DNA of 63,244 bases, counting the filler, from Chiloscyllium plagiosum (lineage: Eukaryota): the NCBI RefSeq assembly GCF_004010195.1. It is 4 parts of one record of this genome, joined end to end, with 100 filler letters (N's around TTAATTAATTAA, not from the genome) between each part and the next. Parts side by side here need not be neighbours in the genome. Positions count along the whole stretch, not along the records: positions 22,772 to 49,597 come from NC_057716.1; positions 49,698 to 60,426 come from NC_057716.1; 2 more parts are not named here. One strand, written 5' to 3'. Shown here one piece after another: positions 38,491 to 51,745 of the stretch (the first letter of the stretch is position 1; the number at the start of each line of letters is the position of its first letter). A program made the position numbers and the translations under genes. The notes under the pieces are model-generated. The model searched no databases. It saw only the letters and a program-made list of their open reading frames with translations, and was not told where the DNA came from.

Positions 38491-41325
38491 AACTTTATGT
38501 CACCAAGCATTTTTTCCCTAAAGTTTGATTTCCAACTTTCAGTTTCAGTTCAATTTCCTTCACAATTAGGAGAAGCAATTTCTTTGTCTGTTTCCCTTTT
38601 CAGTTACAGTCTGCTGCAAAAATGAATTACAAACTGACAGGCATCAAGATGGGCTAGTTTTCTTTTGTATGCTGGAGGGAGTGCCGGGGGAAGTAAGACC
38701 TGTTTCTTTGCCACTGGAATCCATTCAACCAAAGTGTGATTTTACTTTGTTTTTTGCAGCTTAATTTGTGATATGGTTTTGTTATGCCATGAAAATGTGT
38801 TTATTTTGTAACTAAAATATTTACAATCAAGTGGAGTTCCCTAATACTTGAGATGCTGCACCATGACATCTTTATCATGAACTATACTTATTCAAATGCT
38901 GCCACAGCATTTCATTTTTAAATAAACAAAACAAAAATATATAATTAATAACGTGGAGTTTTAGAATAATTAATTGTTAAAAATAAAAATTATTCTCCAA
39001 AAAGATATGTATATCTGGCACAGGGAGTCAGCTAGCAAGGACAAATTTTGTGGCCAATGTTTCAGGATCTGCAGTCATCAATCTGGGCTTCCCTTCTCAT
39101 CTCAGGCTGGTTCTGGTCTTCGGGTTATCTCATCATGGCGGTCATCTAGGTCTAGTCAGACTGATGATACTCACCTTGAGATACAAGGAGATGCAAATGC
39201 TGCACAACTCAGCTGCCAGTCAATGGTGGTCTCTGGAGATGCTGTTGAAGAAGGTGCGGCAACAAAGCAAACTGCAGCTCCAGGTTATTCCCTTTATGCA
39301 CCCTTCTCAAAGATTCTATGACCTGTGTCCAATACTTGTATCAAGTAGGGTCAGGAAGATCCAATGATTTGATTATTTTCCATATTTGGAGGTCACAGAA
39401 TATGGTTTTGAATCTTCAAATGTCAAGTGCTGTCTTTGTCACACCGTGCCTCTGCCTTCCTACTGAACAGAGTACCAGTAAGTCTGAGTACCAATCTTGT
39501 AACAAAACAGGTTCACTCGAGGTGCAAACAGCAGTTTGTTCTGAAAAAATATGGCTGTTAGCACCTGGCCAGGCAGTTCCAGACCTCTCTGGTTTCGACA
39601 AGAAGTTGATTGTCCAAAACTTGGCTGCGTGACTACATCTGTTCCAGCTCTGCAGTTTGCAAATTGCAGCATCTGGCTAGGTTTAAAATTGGCTTCTAGA
39701 TTTTGAGTTTTTATCCATACTCATGGAGAAATTATCATTATGCCTGTAAACATTCCTGGAGATAATGGGTCACTTGACCACAAATTAAAACCTGATTTGT
39801 TCAGTTCCTGAAGATTGAATAAAATTATGGTTGAAAGCACGTTATGATTTTTTAATTGACTGTTCTGTCTGTCTATAACCCCGTATATATAAGGATAAGA
39901 GAAAACATTTTTGATACCGAGTAATCTGCAAGGATTGAGTTTAGTTTATCAATTTAGTGCACTCAGAGTGATCCTTGTATGCAGGGAAAAATGGCTTGGT
40001 GCATGATACATTAACAGTGAAATCAGGGGAATAGGTTTTATTGCACAATAATGTGAATAGTAAGTGATCAGCATGGCAACAAATTAATCTTCAACATCCT
40101 GTTTCTTATAAGGAATTATATGGAAGTAAGTCTACAAGATAAAGTTTGAAAATAGACTGGAAAGCATTTCCTTTGAATACATTCTTGTTCTTATTGCCCA
40201 ATAGCAATGCATCCACAGTACTGCAGATGTGTGTACCTTCATGTGTAGACACACACATACTTTCATTTGAATTATTGTAATCACATGTACCTAAGTACAG
40301 TGAAAAGATTTACTTTGCGAGTAGTACAAGTCATTCTGGTATAACACATTTCCTTAATATGAATTGATCATAACATAATTCACAAATTAGGGACACCTTT
40401 GGATAACACAAAATTTCTACTGAATGGGTATAATGGTTTTCTATAGCGATCTTCCACAGTGCAATTTTCTATAGCAGTTTTCCACAGCATGAATTTCTGT
40501 TGTGTGAGGTTGCAGGGGAACACAATTGCCTCACTACTGCAGAATGATCTGTGCAGGCAGATCATAGCAAACAAGGATATATAGACCATAGGGTGCTTAG
40601 ACCATTACAGCAATAGCATACAAGGCTATGACTGCTCAGAAGGTGCACAAAAGCAAGGTCAATATTAGATTTGAAATTAGAGCCTGCTCAGCAGTCTGTT
40701 AACAGCAGGGAAGAAGCTGTATCAACGCATTCAAGCTTCTGTATCTTCTGCCTGATGGACGAGGTCGGAAGAGACCATTACCGGATGAGAAGGGCCTTTA
40801 ATGAAGCTGGCAGCCTTTCTGTGGCAATGAGAAGTGTAGATGGAGTTTGTGGTTGGAAGGTTGGCTTCATGATGGTCCAGGCTGTGCACACAACTTTCTG
40901 AAATTTCTTACGGTCCTGGGTAGAGCTGTTGTCATACAAAGCCGTTATACACTCACTTATAATGCTTTCTATGGTGCATCTGAAAGGGTTGGTGAGGGTA
41001 TTGATGGACATGCCAAATTTCCTCAGCCTCCGGAGGAAGAGGAAGTATTGTTGTGCTTTCTTGACCGTCACATCTTCGTGGGAGCTCCAGGACAGATTGC
41101 TGGTTATTGTCACTCCTAGGGACCTGACGCTCTCAACCTTCTTTACCTCAGCTCCATTGATGTCAATGGGGGTGTGTCCTCCTCACTTCTTCCTGAAGTC
41201 AATTATCAGTTCTTTTGTTTTGAGAGAGGGATTGTGATCATTGCACCATGACACCAAACACTCTACCTCCTTCCTGTATTCTGACTCATCATTGTTTGAT
41301 ATCCACTGACAATGGTGGTGTCATC

Positions 41326-41948
41326 TGTTAGGGACTAGGCCAGACCACTCAAAATATTCTTAAGCAGGCAGCCCAGACCATAACTTTGCAATTTGTTTTG
41401 GTACGTGTAAAGCGAAAATTAGCCGGAGTAAGGTTGACTACAAGGTTTTAAAATAGACAATTTATTCACAAAATTACACACTGAAACACAAAGAACAGAA
41501 TAAAGAACCCCTACAGAGCTCAGAGTATCCAAACTAGACTTAATTATGCTTTTTCAAATATACACAACAGTCCAAATAAGCAAACCCATTTAAAAAAAAA
41601 CAGTAAAAATGGAACAAATGTTTGCAGGTTGAAGTTAGAAGAGAGAGAGAGAGAGAGAACCTGTTTCCACACAGCTGAACTCCTAATTAGTTCTGGGCTG
41701 AACTGCTCAGCTAGAGAGCTGACCACTCCCCTTTCATTATACAGGTCACTTCTGAAACATGACCACTTTGGCCTGAAGCCTCATCTGCTTACATATAAAC
41801 AAAAGACCTCTCAAAATCCTAAACCATCTCTGTACCAAACTAGGCACCTCAGAGCCGGGAAGGTTTTATAAACCGTCTGAGAAAAACCAAGGGCATAGTA
41901 TCCTTGAGAAAAGGAACAGCGTTTCAAAAACGGGCCAGCTTTGTGACA
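41326..41948. repeat. Solo LTR (623 bp) inside the Rex1 RT
   Basis: tgtta...tgaca termini; 4-bp TSD catc/cgtc; the Rex1 sequence rejoins across it. Confidence 0.85.
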
Positions 41949-42363
41949 CGTCAGCAAGCTTGTAGATGGTTTTCAAATGAAATTTGGCTGCACACTTGTG
42001 GGTGCACAGGGAGTACAGTAAGGGGCTGAGTATTCATCCTTTGGGAGCTCCAGTGTTGAGGGTAATCATATTGTCTATCATCACTGATTGCGGTCTGTTG
42101 GCCAGGAAGCTGAGGATCCAGTTCCAGCGGGCGGGGCTGAAACCTCGGTCTCGGAGTTTTGAGATTAATCAAGAAGGGATTATAGTGTTGCAGGCGGAGC
42201 TGTAGTCAATAAGTAGATGTCCTTGTTATCCAGATGTTCCAGGGATATGTGTAGAACACGGGAAATGGTGTCCACTGTGGACCTTTTCCCAGTAAGCCAA
42301 CTGGAGGGGATTCAGGCAGGCTAGGAGGCAAGAGTTGATGTAGGCCATGACTAACCTTGTGAA

Positions 42364-42447
42364 GATTAATTTAGGATATTTGGTCAGCATGGACAAGTTG
42401 GACTGAAGGGTCTGTTTCCGTGCTGTATATCTCTATGAGTCTATGAC
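42364..42447 (+). mobile_element. CR1 3' tail fragment
   Basis: ggactgaagggtctgtttccgtgctgtatatctctatgagtctatgact. Confidence 0.8.
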
Positions 42448-43551
42448 TGATCTGATGTGTGCAACGGTGATGGAACTGATGCATCCAGGGCTGTCAGGAC
42501 AAGTGACACCACGCTGCTGGCATTCTGCTCAAACCAAGCATAGAAAGCATTGAGCGCGTTGGGAAGGGATGTGTTTTTGTCCACTATTTTGTTTTGCTTA
42601 ATTTTGTATTCAGTTATATTGTGCAGGCATTGCCGCGCAGGTGCCTGCATGGTTAATTTGAGCCTCTAATTTGGACCAGTACTGCCTCTTGACATCTCTA
42701 ATAGCCTTGTGGAGATCATATCTGGATTTCCCATATAGGTCTAGGTCATCCGACTTGAATACCGCACACCTGGTCTTCTGAAGGCAGTGGATTTCCCGGT
42801 TCATCTAAGGTTTCCAATTGGCGAACAAATGGATTGATGTCTTTGACATGCAGCCCTCTACACACTTTCTAATGAAGTCCGTGATGGTGGTGGACTTATC
42901 TAGTTTTTCCACTGAATTCTTGAATATGGTCCAGTCCATGGATTCCAAGAGTTCTGGAGAAGCTCTTCCACTGCCTCAGGCCAGTATTGTACTTCTTTCT
43001 GTGAAAGATCCTCTCATTTCAAATTTTGCTTGTAATCTGGGAGGAGGAACACAGCGTTGTGATCTGATTTTCCAAATGGGGGCTGAGCGGCAGGCGATTT
43101 TGATGCTTATGTAGCAGCGGTGAAGGATGTTTGGTTTTCTGGTGGGCAGGAGACATGTCGGTGGTACTTTGGTAGCAACTCTTGAGTTTGACCTGGTTGA
43201 AGTCCCCAGCCATGATGAGTAGGGCCTCGGGTGTTTCAGCTCCAGAGCATTTGTATTGGTGTAAATTTCATCCAGAGTATTCTTCCCCTCTACCTGGGGT
43301 GATATGTAGACTGCTGTCAGGATGGTGGATGTGAACTCATGTGTCAGATAATAGAGAAGGCATTTCACTGTTCGATATTCTAGGTCTGGGGAGCAGTAGC
43401 TCACTACGTTCGCCACATCTGAGCACCAGGAGGTGTTGAATAGGACGCAGACTCCACTGACTTTTGCCTTACTCGAGGATGCCAAGTGGTTAATGTATGA
43501 AGAAACCCTTCAGCCTGCAATGCACAGTCATGTATAGCAAGAGTGAGCCAT

Positions 43552-43782
43552 GTTCTCCCCGTGTCTGTGTGGGTTTCCTCCGGGTGCTCCGGTTTCCTCC
43601 CACAGTCCAAAGATATGCAGGTTAGGTGAATTGCTAAATTGCCCGTAGTGTTAGGTGCATTAGTGAGGGGTGAATGTAGGGGAATGGGTCTAGGTGTGTT
43701 GCTCTTTGGAGGGTCAGTGTGGACTTGTTGGGCCAAAGGGCCTATTTCCACACTGCAGGGAATCTAATCTAATCTAAAAAAA
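43552..43782 (+). mobile_element. HE1-type V-SINE, 5' truncated
   Basis: gggtttcctccgggtgctccggtttcctcccacagtccaaagat V-domain; aatctaatctaatct tail. Confidence 0.88.
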
Positions 43783-43994
43783 TGTCTCCATGAAACCAAG
43801 CACACAGCTGTCCTTCAATTCCTTCTGGAAGCTAACCCTAGCTCTGAGTTCATTCATTTTATTTTCAATAGCTTGGATGCATGCCAGGAGTATGCTGGGG
43901 AGGGGGGTCTTAAAAGCATGTTATTTCAGTCTCACCTGCAAGCCATCACGTCTCCCCTGTTTCCATAAGTGTCCTGCTCATGTGCTCTCCTTTT

Positions 43995-45910
43995 GTCTTC
44001 TTAACTCTCTCTTTAAATCCTTCCTAGCTAACTTGTAACTCTCCATTGCATCATCTGAACTGTCTTGTCTCACTATCACATAAGCTTCCTTCTTCCGCTT
44101 AATAAGAGACACAATTTCTTTCAGTAAACCACGGTTCCCTTACCTTATCACTTCCTCCCTGCCTGACAGGGACATACTTATCACGGGCATGCAATATCTG
44201 TTCCTTAAACCAGCTCCTTATTTCGATTGTCCCCATCCCCTGCATTTTGCTACCCCATTCTATGCATCCTAAGTCTTGCCTAAATGCATTATAATTGCCC
44301 TTCTCCCATCTTTCACTCTTGCACTGTGACATGTAACTATCCCCTTCCATCACTAAACTAAACGTAACCAAATTATGGTCACTCTCTCCAAAGTTCTCTC
44401 CTACCACTAAATCAAACACCTGGCCTGGTTCATTACCAAGTGCCAGATCCAGTGAGGCCTCCCCTCTTGTTGGCCCTTCGACATACTGTGTCAGGAAACC
44501 CTCCTGTACACATTGGACAAAAACTGATCCATCTGACGTACTAGATTTATAGCATTTTCAGTCAATGTTGGGGGAGTTAAAGCCCCCCATAATGACCACC
44601 CTGTTCCTTTCAATCCTGCCCAGAATGTTTTGCCAATCCTCTCCTCCACATTCCTGGAACTTTGCAGAGGCCTGTAAAAAACTCCCAGCAGTTTGACCTC
44701 TCCTCTCCGGTTTCTAACCTCAGCCCATACCACCTCAATCCTCGTCAAAAGTTCTTTCACCCACTGTTATACATTCCTTGACTAACAAGGCCACACTCCC
44801 CCTCTTTTGCCACCTTCCCTGTTCTTAATGAAAGATCTAAATCCTGGAACCTGCAATATCCATTCCTGACCCTGCTATATCCATTTTCCAAGATGGCCAC
44901 AACATCAATGTCCCACATACCTCTCCATGCTGCAAGCTCATCGATCTTATTTCAGATATCCCTAGCGTCGAAGTAGACACACTTCAAACCAGCTTGCTGT
45001 CTACCAGCACATTCCTGTGACTGTGAAATCCTGTCCATGCCCCCCCTACTCTCATCCTCCTGTGCACTGGAAATACACCTCAGGTTCCCATCCCCCTGCT
45101 GAGCTAGTTTAAATCTGCCCGAATAGCACCAGCGAATTTCCCACCAGGAATTTAGTACCCCTCTGGTTCAAGTGAAGACTGTCCAGTTTGTACAAGTCCC
45201 ACCTTCCCCAGAATGAGCCCCAATTATCCAAGTACCTGAAACCCTCCCTCCTGCACCATCCTTGCAGCCAATTGTTCATCTGATATCTCTCCTTATTACA
45301 TGCCTCTCTATCACGGTAACAAACCAAAGATAAAAACTCTGTTTGTCCTAGCTCTCTGCTTCCACCCTAATTCCCTGATATCCTGCCTTACATCCCTATC
45401 CCTCTTTCTACCTATGTCATTGGTACCTACATGGACCACGACTTGGGGCTAGTCACCCTCACCCTTCAGGACCCCATAGACACGATCCGAAACATCACGG
45501 ACCCTGGCACCTGGGAGGCAACAAAACAACCATGAGTCTTGTTCGCTCCCAACAAACCTTCTATCTGACCCTCTAACTATTGAGTCGCCAATAACTAACA
45601 CTTGCCCCCTTTCCCTCCTTCCCTTCTGTGTAATGGGGACAGACTCTGTGCCAGAGACCTGCACACCACTGCATGCCCCTGGTAAGTCATTCCTCATAAC
45701 AGAATCCAAAATGCTATCGGTGTTTTTTAGGGGAACAATCACAGGGGATCCCCACACTGACTGTTTTTTTCCCCCTTCAAACAGTCACCCAGCTTTCTTT
45801 GTGCCTAGGAGTAACTACTTCTTTGTAACTCTTATCTATCACAGCCTCTGCCTCCCGAATGATCTGAAGTTCATCTAGCCCCCGCTCCAGTTCCCTAACA
45901 TGGTCTTGGA
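43995..45910 (-). mobile_element. CR1 5'/middle part: ORF1 SGNH esterase and ORF2 AP endonuclease, disrupted
   Basis: VLVIGDSIVRG, CCLPGARVRDV and DSLHLN (ORF1); LLGVFYRP and GESDHNLVTF (EN). Confidence 0.9.
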
Positions 45911-46419
45911 AAAGTTAATAATAGTTCATTCCCCTACGATGTGGGACTTGTATCCATGTCTCTAGATCATTAGTGCAATGTACATGCACGACTAGTCCAG
46001 TAACATTGTTCCTATCTACATATCTGCAATTTAGGCTATCAACTTTTAAGTGAAAATTTATTGAAATTAATCCAAAGTGTCATGCTCTTTTCATCTTAAA
46101 TTATATTCATTGAATAAAATAAATCTCCATTTTAGATTAGATAATTAGGTCTTTTTTTTGCTTAAGATAGTTCACGCTTGACTGCAGGTTATTTTTCTTA
46201 ACACAGAAGAAATTTTATTATAGCTACATCTGTTCTATGTCTGCCCAAATAACTTATCTGTAATAATTCTATTAATTGATACAGGTTTACATGGTTGTTG
46301 ATATTTCATTAGAACTTTGATTTTCTGTCGCTTTCTATCCTTCAATTCTTGTTGGTGTTTTTGATACATTGGTTGAAAATACTCAGTTTAGTGAAGAACA
46401 CCATTCAGTGGTAACACTG

Positions 46420-46755
46420 CACACAGTACACATGATCATATGAAGTAGGAGGTAAAGTAGACACATCAGCCTCCTCCCATTCAATATGTCATGGCTAATC
46501 TATTTGTATTTTGAGTTCTACATTCCGATCTATTCTCAATAAACTTTTATTCTCTTGCCTAACAACTATCCACATCTGCCTTAAAAATATTGGATGAAAC
46601 TGCCTCCATAGCCTCATGCGGCAGAACTCCAAAGTCACACACCTAAGAAAGAAAATCTCTACGTCTCTCTCCTAAAAGGGAGACGCTTAATTTCAAAACA
46701 GTGCTTCCTAACTGGGACTGACCCACATGAGGAAGCATCCTTCCAAGCCCACCAA
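46420..46755 (-). mobile_element. Old CR1 3' end
   Basis: catatgaagtaggagg...catctgccttaaaaata...tcctaaaagggagacgcttaattt. Confidence 0.6.
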
Positions 46756-46971
46756 GCCCCACTGGTGAAGGGACTCATGGTTAGCCGTTCCAGGCCCTTA
46801 GCTGAACACTGAACAAGAAAAACTGTAAAGTTGAACTTTATTTTTGTTGTTTTTTTATTTTTCTGCCTTTATATTCTATGTTTTGGTTTATTTTTATGTT
46901 TTACGATGGTGCCGGAGAGTGGTGGCACAATACAGCACTTTTCACTGCATTTTGTAACAAAATACACATGA

Positions 46972-47073
46972 TATAGAACATAGAACAGTACAGCACAGTA
47001 CTGGCCCTTCAGCCCTCGATGTTGTGCCGATCTTTTATCCTATTCTAAGATCAGACTAACCGACATACCCTTT
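46972..47073 (-). mobile_element. CR1 3' tail, split by the Tigger insertion (continues 49308-49432)
   Basis: tagaacatagaacagtacagcac...gacatacccttta joins tatcttccatgtgcctatcc. Confidence 0.75.
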
Positions 47074-49307
47074 ATCTCCTGTTTTTCAAATGCTTACTTA
47101 AAACCAATTTACAAATGACATACTTTAGTACCTGTTTTTGTTAGCTGAAAGAGGATCTTTGCTTTTATGAAAAAGCATACGCAGCAAGAGTGGCGCCACC
47201 AAGCACCTTCCCTGGGAACTACACTCAGCATCTCAGAATGAAGCGGCCATAGCTTTGAACAGTGCATGTGAGCATTTGTGCTTTATCTTGATTTATCTTG
47301 TGCATCCGTTCACAAGATGCATCCTAAGGTATCAGAAAAGCCTAAGACAGCTCGTAAGGCTGTTATGCTCAGAGTAAAACTGGCTGTAATTAAGTATTTT
47401 GATCATGGTCAAGAAAACAAAGACATTGTGTGTGGGTTGAACTTGCCTACATCCGCCATTCGTACTATTTACACACAGAGAGAAAGGATCTTGAAAGCTA
47501 CCAAAGTTACTTTTGGTTCTGTCAGTAACATGGTGGTCTCTTTTAGTTGGATAAAATGGAAAGTCTATTGCTTGAGTGGGTTGATGGGTGTACAAAGTGT
47601 GGTGTTCTGTTAAGTTATCTTATATTTAAGGAGAAATCAGTCAGTCGTTTTAATAAGCTGAAACAGGACGATGGTGATGAAAGTGTTGCAAAAGTGGAAT
47701 TTAAAGGTAGTCATGGGTGATTTGATCGGTTTTTGAGGTGAAGGCAGGTTCATAGCTTAAAGGTGACCGGACAGAAGGCTTCGGCTGATACTGAGGATGC
47801 CAAAACGTTCTCAGAAGAACTAAAGAAAATAATTACAGAAGAAAATATTCAGATAACTGTGAGGAAACTGGAATTTATTGGAAAAAATTGCCAAGCAAGA
47901 TATTTATTTTGATAGAAGAAAAGCAGGCTGAGGAACACAAGGCATCAAAGGGCAGGTTAATCCTAATATCTGTTATTAACATCACTAGTGATGGTGTCCT
48001 TAGGTTTCTACTAGTGTACCATTCTGAAAATCTGACAGCACTGAAAGGAGTTGATAAGAATACATTTCCAGTTGTGTTTTGTTCATGTCCAAGTGTTTAG
48101 AATACCAAAGTTATTTTTACTGAATACATGAGTGGATACATTAATCTTATTATTGAAAAATACTGTAGAGAAAATAACCTCAATAATAGGTGTCTTGTGA
48201 TTGCCAATAGCTGTGCTGCTCATCCACCTGGCATTGCCAAGAATGGCGGTAACATTAGTGTTGAGTTCTCACCGCCGAATACAATGTTATTGCTGTAACC
48301 ATGTGACCAAGGTCGAAGAGCCACAGTTAAGGCTTACTATACACAGAATGTGATGTGTTTTATTCTAAGTTCCATTTACAGGCAGGGCAACTCCGAAGCA
48401 TCTTTGTGAGAGATCTGGAAACAGTACAATTGGCAATCGCCAATCTTGGAGATGCTCTCAGTAGGCTAACAGTCTCTCAGAAATGGCATTTGGAGAAAAC
48501 TATGCCCCAAAACAGTGAACGATTTAAAATCTTGGAACCAGAAACAATAAAATCAGCAACAGTGACTTTGGCTAATGAGGCTGGGTTTGTGGAAGTTGAT
48601 AATGAAGAGATTTTGGCATCCCATGACAGAGAACTGACAGATAAAGAGCTGATGCAAATACAAGAGGAAAGGATACGAATCTAAAGCAAACGCAATAGCA
48701 AATGGCCTGAAAGTGAAGTCATCCAGGAACTGAACGTGAAGCTCTTGTGTGAGATTTTCTCTACGGTTGATAGTGCTGCAATGATTGCAGAAATGTATGA
48801 CTTTCATTTTGAAAGGACATGTAGGTTTAGGGCAGGTTTGCAGGATGTTTTGAGTGCCTACAAGGAACTGTATGATAGAAAAATGTATGAGGCTAAGCTG
48901 TCAAGCATAATGTTATATTTCAAGTCTTCCACATCAGCCGACGAACCTTGACCTTCGACATTGAGACAGGCAGACATAGAAGAATATGTAAACATTAGTG
49001 ACCTGCCTGCTCTGATGTATTCAGGTGACACTGAGGTGTTAAAAGATGACCCTATTCCTTTCTCTCCTACACCCCAGTCTCCTGTACCTCCAACTACCCC
49101 AACCTCCGACGAACTTTAACACATGTTAAGTGTTAGTTTAGGTTTGTATGTTTTTTGGTATGATTTGGTAGGTTACTTCTTGTGTCTGGGAACGCTCAAA
49201 ATTGTTTCCCATATAAACTAATGGTAACTGCTTCTTTGCTTTACACCACTTCGGCTTACGAACGCTATCACAGGAATAGTCTGCTTTTGGATAGCAGGGT
49301 ACACCTG
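47074..49307 (+). mobile_element. Tigger/pogo DNA transposon, decayed; right TIR present, left TIR not seen
   Basis: Transposase remnants 47317-48951; ends ...gatagcagggtacacctg followed by TA. Confidence 0.85.
47317..48951 (+). pseudogene. Tigger-type transposase (CENP-B-like HTH and DDE), many stops/frameshifts
   Basis: KTARKAVMLRVKLAVIK...LNLPTSAIRTI (HTH); CEETGIYWKKLPSK (DETG-like); P.TM.LL.PCDQG; AGFVEVD..EILASH.RELT.KEL. Confidence 0.82.
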
Positions 49308-49432
49308 TATCTTCCATGTGCCTATCCAATAGAAGCTTAAATGTCCCTAATGTATCTGACTCTATTACCACTGCTGGCAGTGCATTCCACGCACCCTCCA
49401 CTCTCTGTGTAATGCACCTACCTCTGACATCT

Positions 49433-49597
49433 AGAACATAGAACATAGAACATAGAAGAATACAGCGCAGTACAGGCCCTTCGGCCCTCGATGTTGCGCC
49501 GATCCAAGCCCACCTAACCTACACTAGCCCACTATCCTCCATATGCCTATCCAAAGCCCGCTTAAATGCCCATAATGAGGAAGAGTCCACCACTGCT
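49433..49597 (-). mobile_element. CR1 3' end with (tagaaca)n tail, cut by gap
   Basis: tagaacatagaacatagaacatagaagaatacagcgcagtacaggcc. Confidence 0.85.
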
Positions 49598-49697
49598 NNN
49601 NNNNNNNNNNNNNNNNNNNNNNNNNNNNNNNNNNNNNNNNNTTAATTAATTAANNNNNNNNNNNNNNNNNNNNNNNNNNNNNNNNNNNNNNNNNNNN

Positions 49698-50095
49698 CAC
49701 ATATCAATTACACTCTTGCCTTGAAGCTTACTTTTCCAGGCCACACATCCTAAGTCATGCCTCTCAGCATCATAATTTCCCTGCCCCCATTTATAACTCT
49801 TGCCCTGTAGTGCACACTTATCCCTCTCCATCACTAGAGTAAAGGTCACCGAATTGTGGTCACTGTCCCCAAAGTGCTCACCTACCTCTAATTCTAACAC
49901 CTGGCCTGGTTCATTACCCAGAACCAAATCCAGTGTGGCCTCACCTCTTGTTGGCCTATCTACATATTGTGTCAGGAAACCCTCCTGCACACATTGGACA
50001 AACACTGACCCATCTAACGAACTTGAGTTATAGCTTTCCCAATCAATATCAGGAAAGTTAAATGCCCCCATAACAACCACCCTATTACTTTCACT
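49698..50095 (-). mobile_element. CR1 ORF2 endonuclease fragment
   Basis: VVMGAFNFPDIDW...PTRGEATLDLVL...GDSDHNSVTF. Confidence 0.9.
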
Positions 50096-50335
50096 GGTAA
50101 AATTCAGACAAACCTAATGAGGATCTTAATTATGTAAACTGGCTGCCTGATTCTATATTGTATAGAAAAATATGCATTACTTCCTGCCTTTTGGAAAATT
50201 CTTCGATGCCAGGACATCTTGGCTAAGGTCCCCCTTCTTTTGCTGGCCACCCAGTCACCAAACACACCATCATAAAATCTTCTTTGACAGACTCACTCAG
50301 TTTAACTCTCTCAATCTCTCATTGCCTGAGTCTTT

Positions 50336-51035
50336 CATAAGAACATAAGAACTAGGAGCAGGAGTAGGCCATCTGGCCCTTCGAGCCCACACTGCCATTC
50401 AATATGATGGTGACTGATCTTTTCATGGCCTCAGCTCCACTTACCCACACTCTCATCACAACCCTTAATTCCTTTACTGTTCAAAAAAGTATCTATATTA
50501 GTTTTATAAACATTCAATGAGAAGGACTCAACTACTTCACTGGGCTTGGAATTCCACAGATTCTTTGTGTGAAGAAATTCCTTCTCAATTCAGTCCTAAA
50601 TCTGGTCCCCCTAATTTTGAGGCCATGCCCTCTTGTCCTAATTTTACCTGCCAGTGGAAACATCCTCTCTACTTTTACCTCATCTATTCCCTTCATAATT
50701 TTATACATTTCTATAAGAGTCCCCCCTCACTCTTTTAAATTCCAATGAACATAATCCCAGTCTACTCAGTCTCTCCTCATAAGACGACCCTCTCAACTCC
50801 AGAATCAACCTAGTGAACCTCCTCTGTACCCCCTCTTGTGCCAGTGTATCCTTTCTCAAGAAAGGAGACCAAAACTGCATACAGTACTTCAGGTGTGGCC
50901 TCATCCGTACTCTGTCCAGCCACAATATAACCTCCCTGCTTTTAAACTCAATTCCTTTAGCAATGAGGGACAAAATTCCATTTGCCTACTTAATTACCTG
51001 TTGGACCTGGAAACCAACCTTCTGTGATTCACTCA
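50336..51035 (-). mobile_element. CR1 3' part
   Basis: RPHLKYCMQFWSP...YEERLSRLGL; cataagaacataagaa tail. Confidence 0.9.
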
Positions 51036-51745
51036 ATCGAAGAATGGGTGTGCAAATATGGAGAAAAGAATATTTAATCCGAAAAGCAGAGAAAGGATTT
51101 ATAATTGTCACAATGCATATGTTCTATTCTTACATGTTAAAGTGTTTTGTTTAAAATTATAAAGATACCTCTGTTACTTCATAGCCACTTCAGTAAATGG
51201 ATAGGAATGATGAACTTAGTTAGATTTTATGTTTGAGATGAGAATTCTGGATAATGAATTCTGATAATTAAATATCCTAATTGCTTGTTCATTGTCGTTG
51301 TGCCAGAAAACACGTAAGAGTGGCAATTATTTATAATTTAAATAACTAGCTTGGAATGTGTATTTTTGCTATCAGCAAATTTGCTCTTTTAAATGAGCTG
51401 CTGACAATATCTTTCATCCATTGGGTTAGATCTTCTACAATCAGTTGACAAATGTAAGTTAGATATTTATTGTCAAACTATACCATGTGATTGATAAAAG
51501 GCAGACTCCATGGGATTTTTCCAGCCTGTTCATAGTCTTACATATATTAGCTGAATAAGTGGTGAAATGAATGGTGCATGACATTAATCCACAAGTCACA
51601 AGGTTCCATCAAATAATTTATACCACACAGTCAATAGTTAAAGGCACAAAAACACATACTCAAATGCAGGATTGAATCCAAAATCACTAAATGTTAATGA
51701 AACTTTGGTAAGCTCAAAATCAATCTCATTTTCATTAGTTTGTAA

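Larger units (their letters stand above)
40265..43990 (-). mobile_element. Rex1/Babar LINE (endonuclease and RT), decayed, with nested solo LTR, CR1 tail and HE1
   Basis: GVCVLFNTSWCSD...CSPDLEY..VKC..YYL.EFTS.ILTAVYI.P and AGDFNQ (EN); KKAQQYFLFLRRLRKF...RCTIESII (RT C-terminus); ttttcactgtacttaggtacatgtga 3' end. Confidence 0.85.

Noticed and set aside
39161..39167. CTGATGA as another hammerhead or a snoRNA box
   Set aside because: No stem II or GAAA follows, and there is no C/D architecture.
40436..40500. Two-copy ~28-bp tandem (ttttctatagc...ttccacag)
   Set aside because: Simple local slippage duplication with no further structure.
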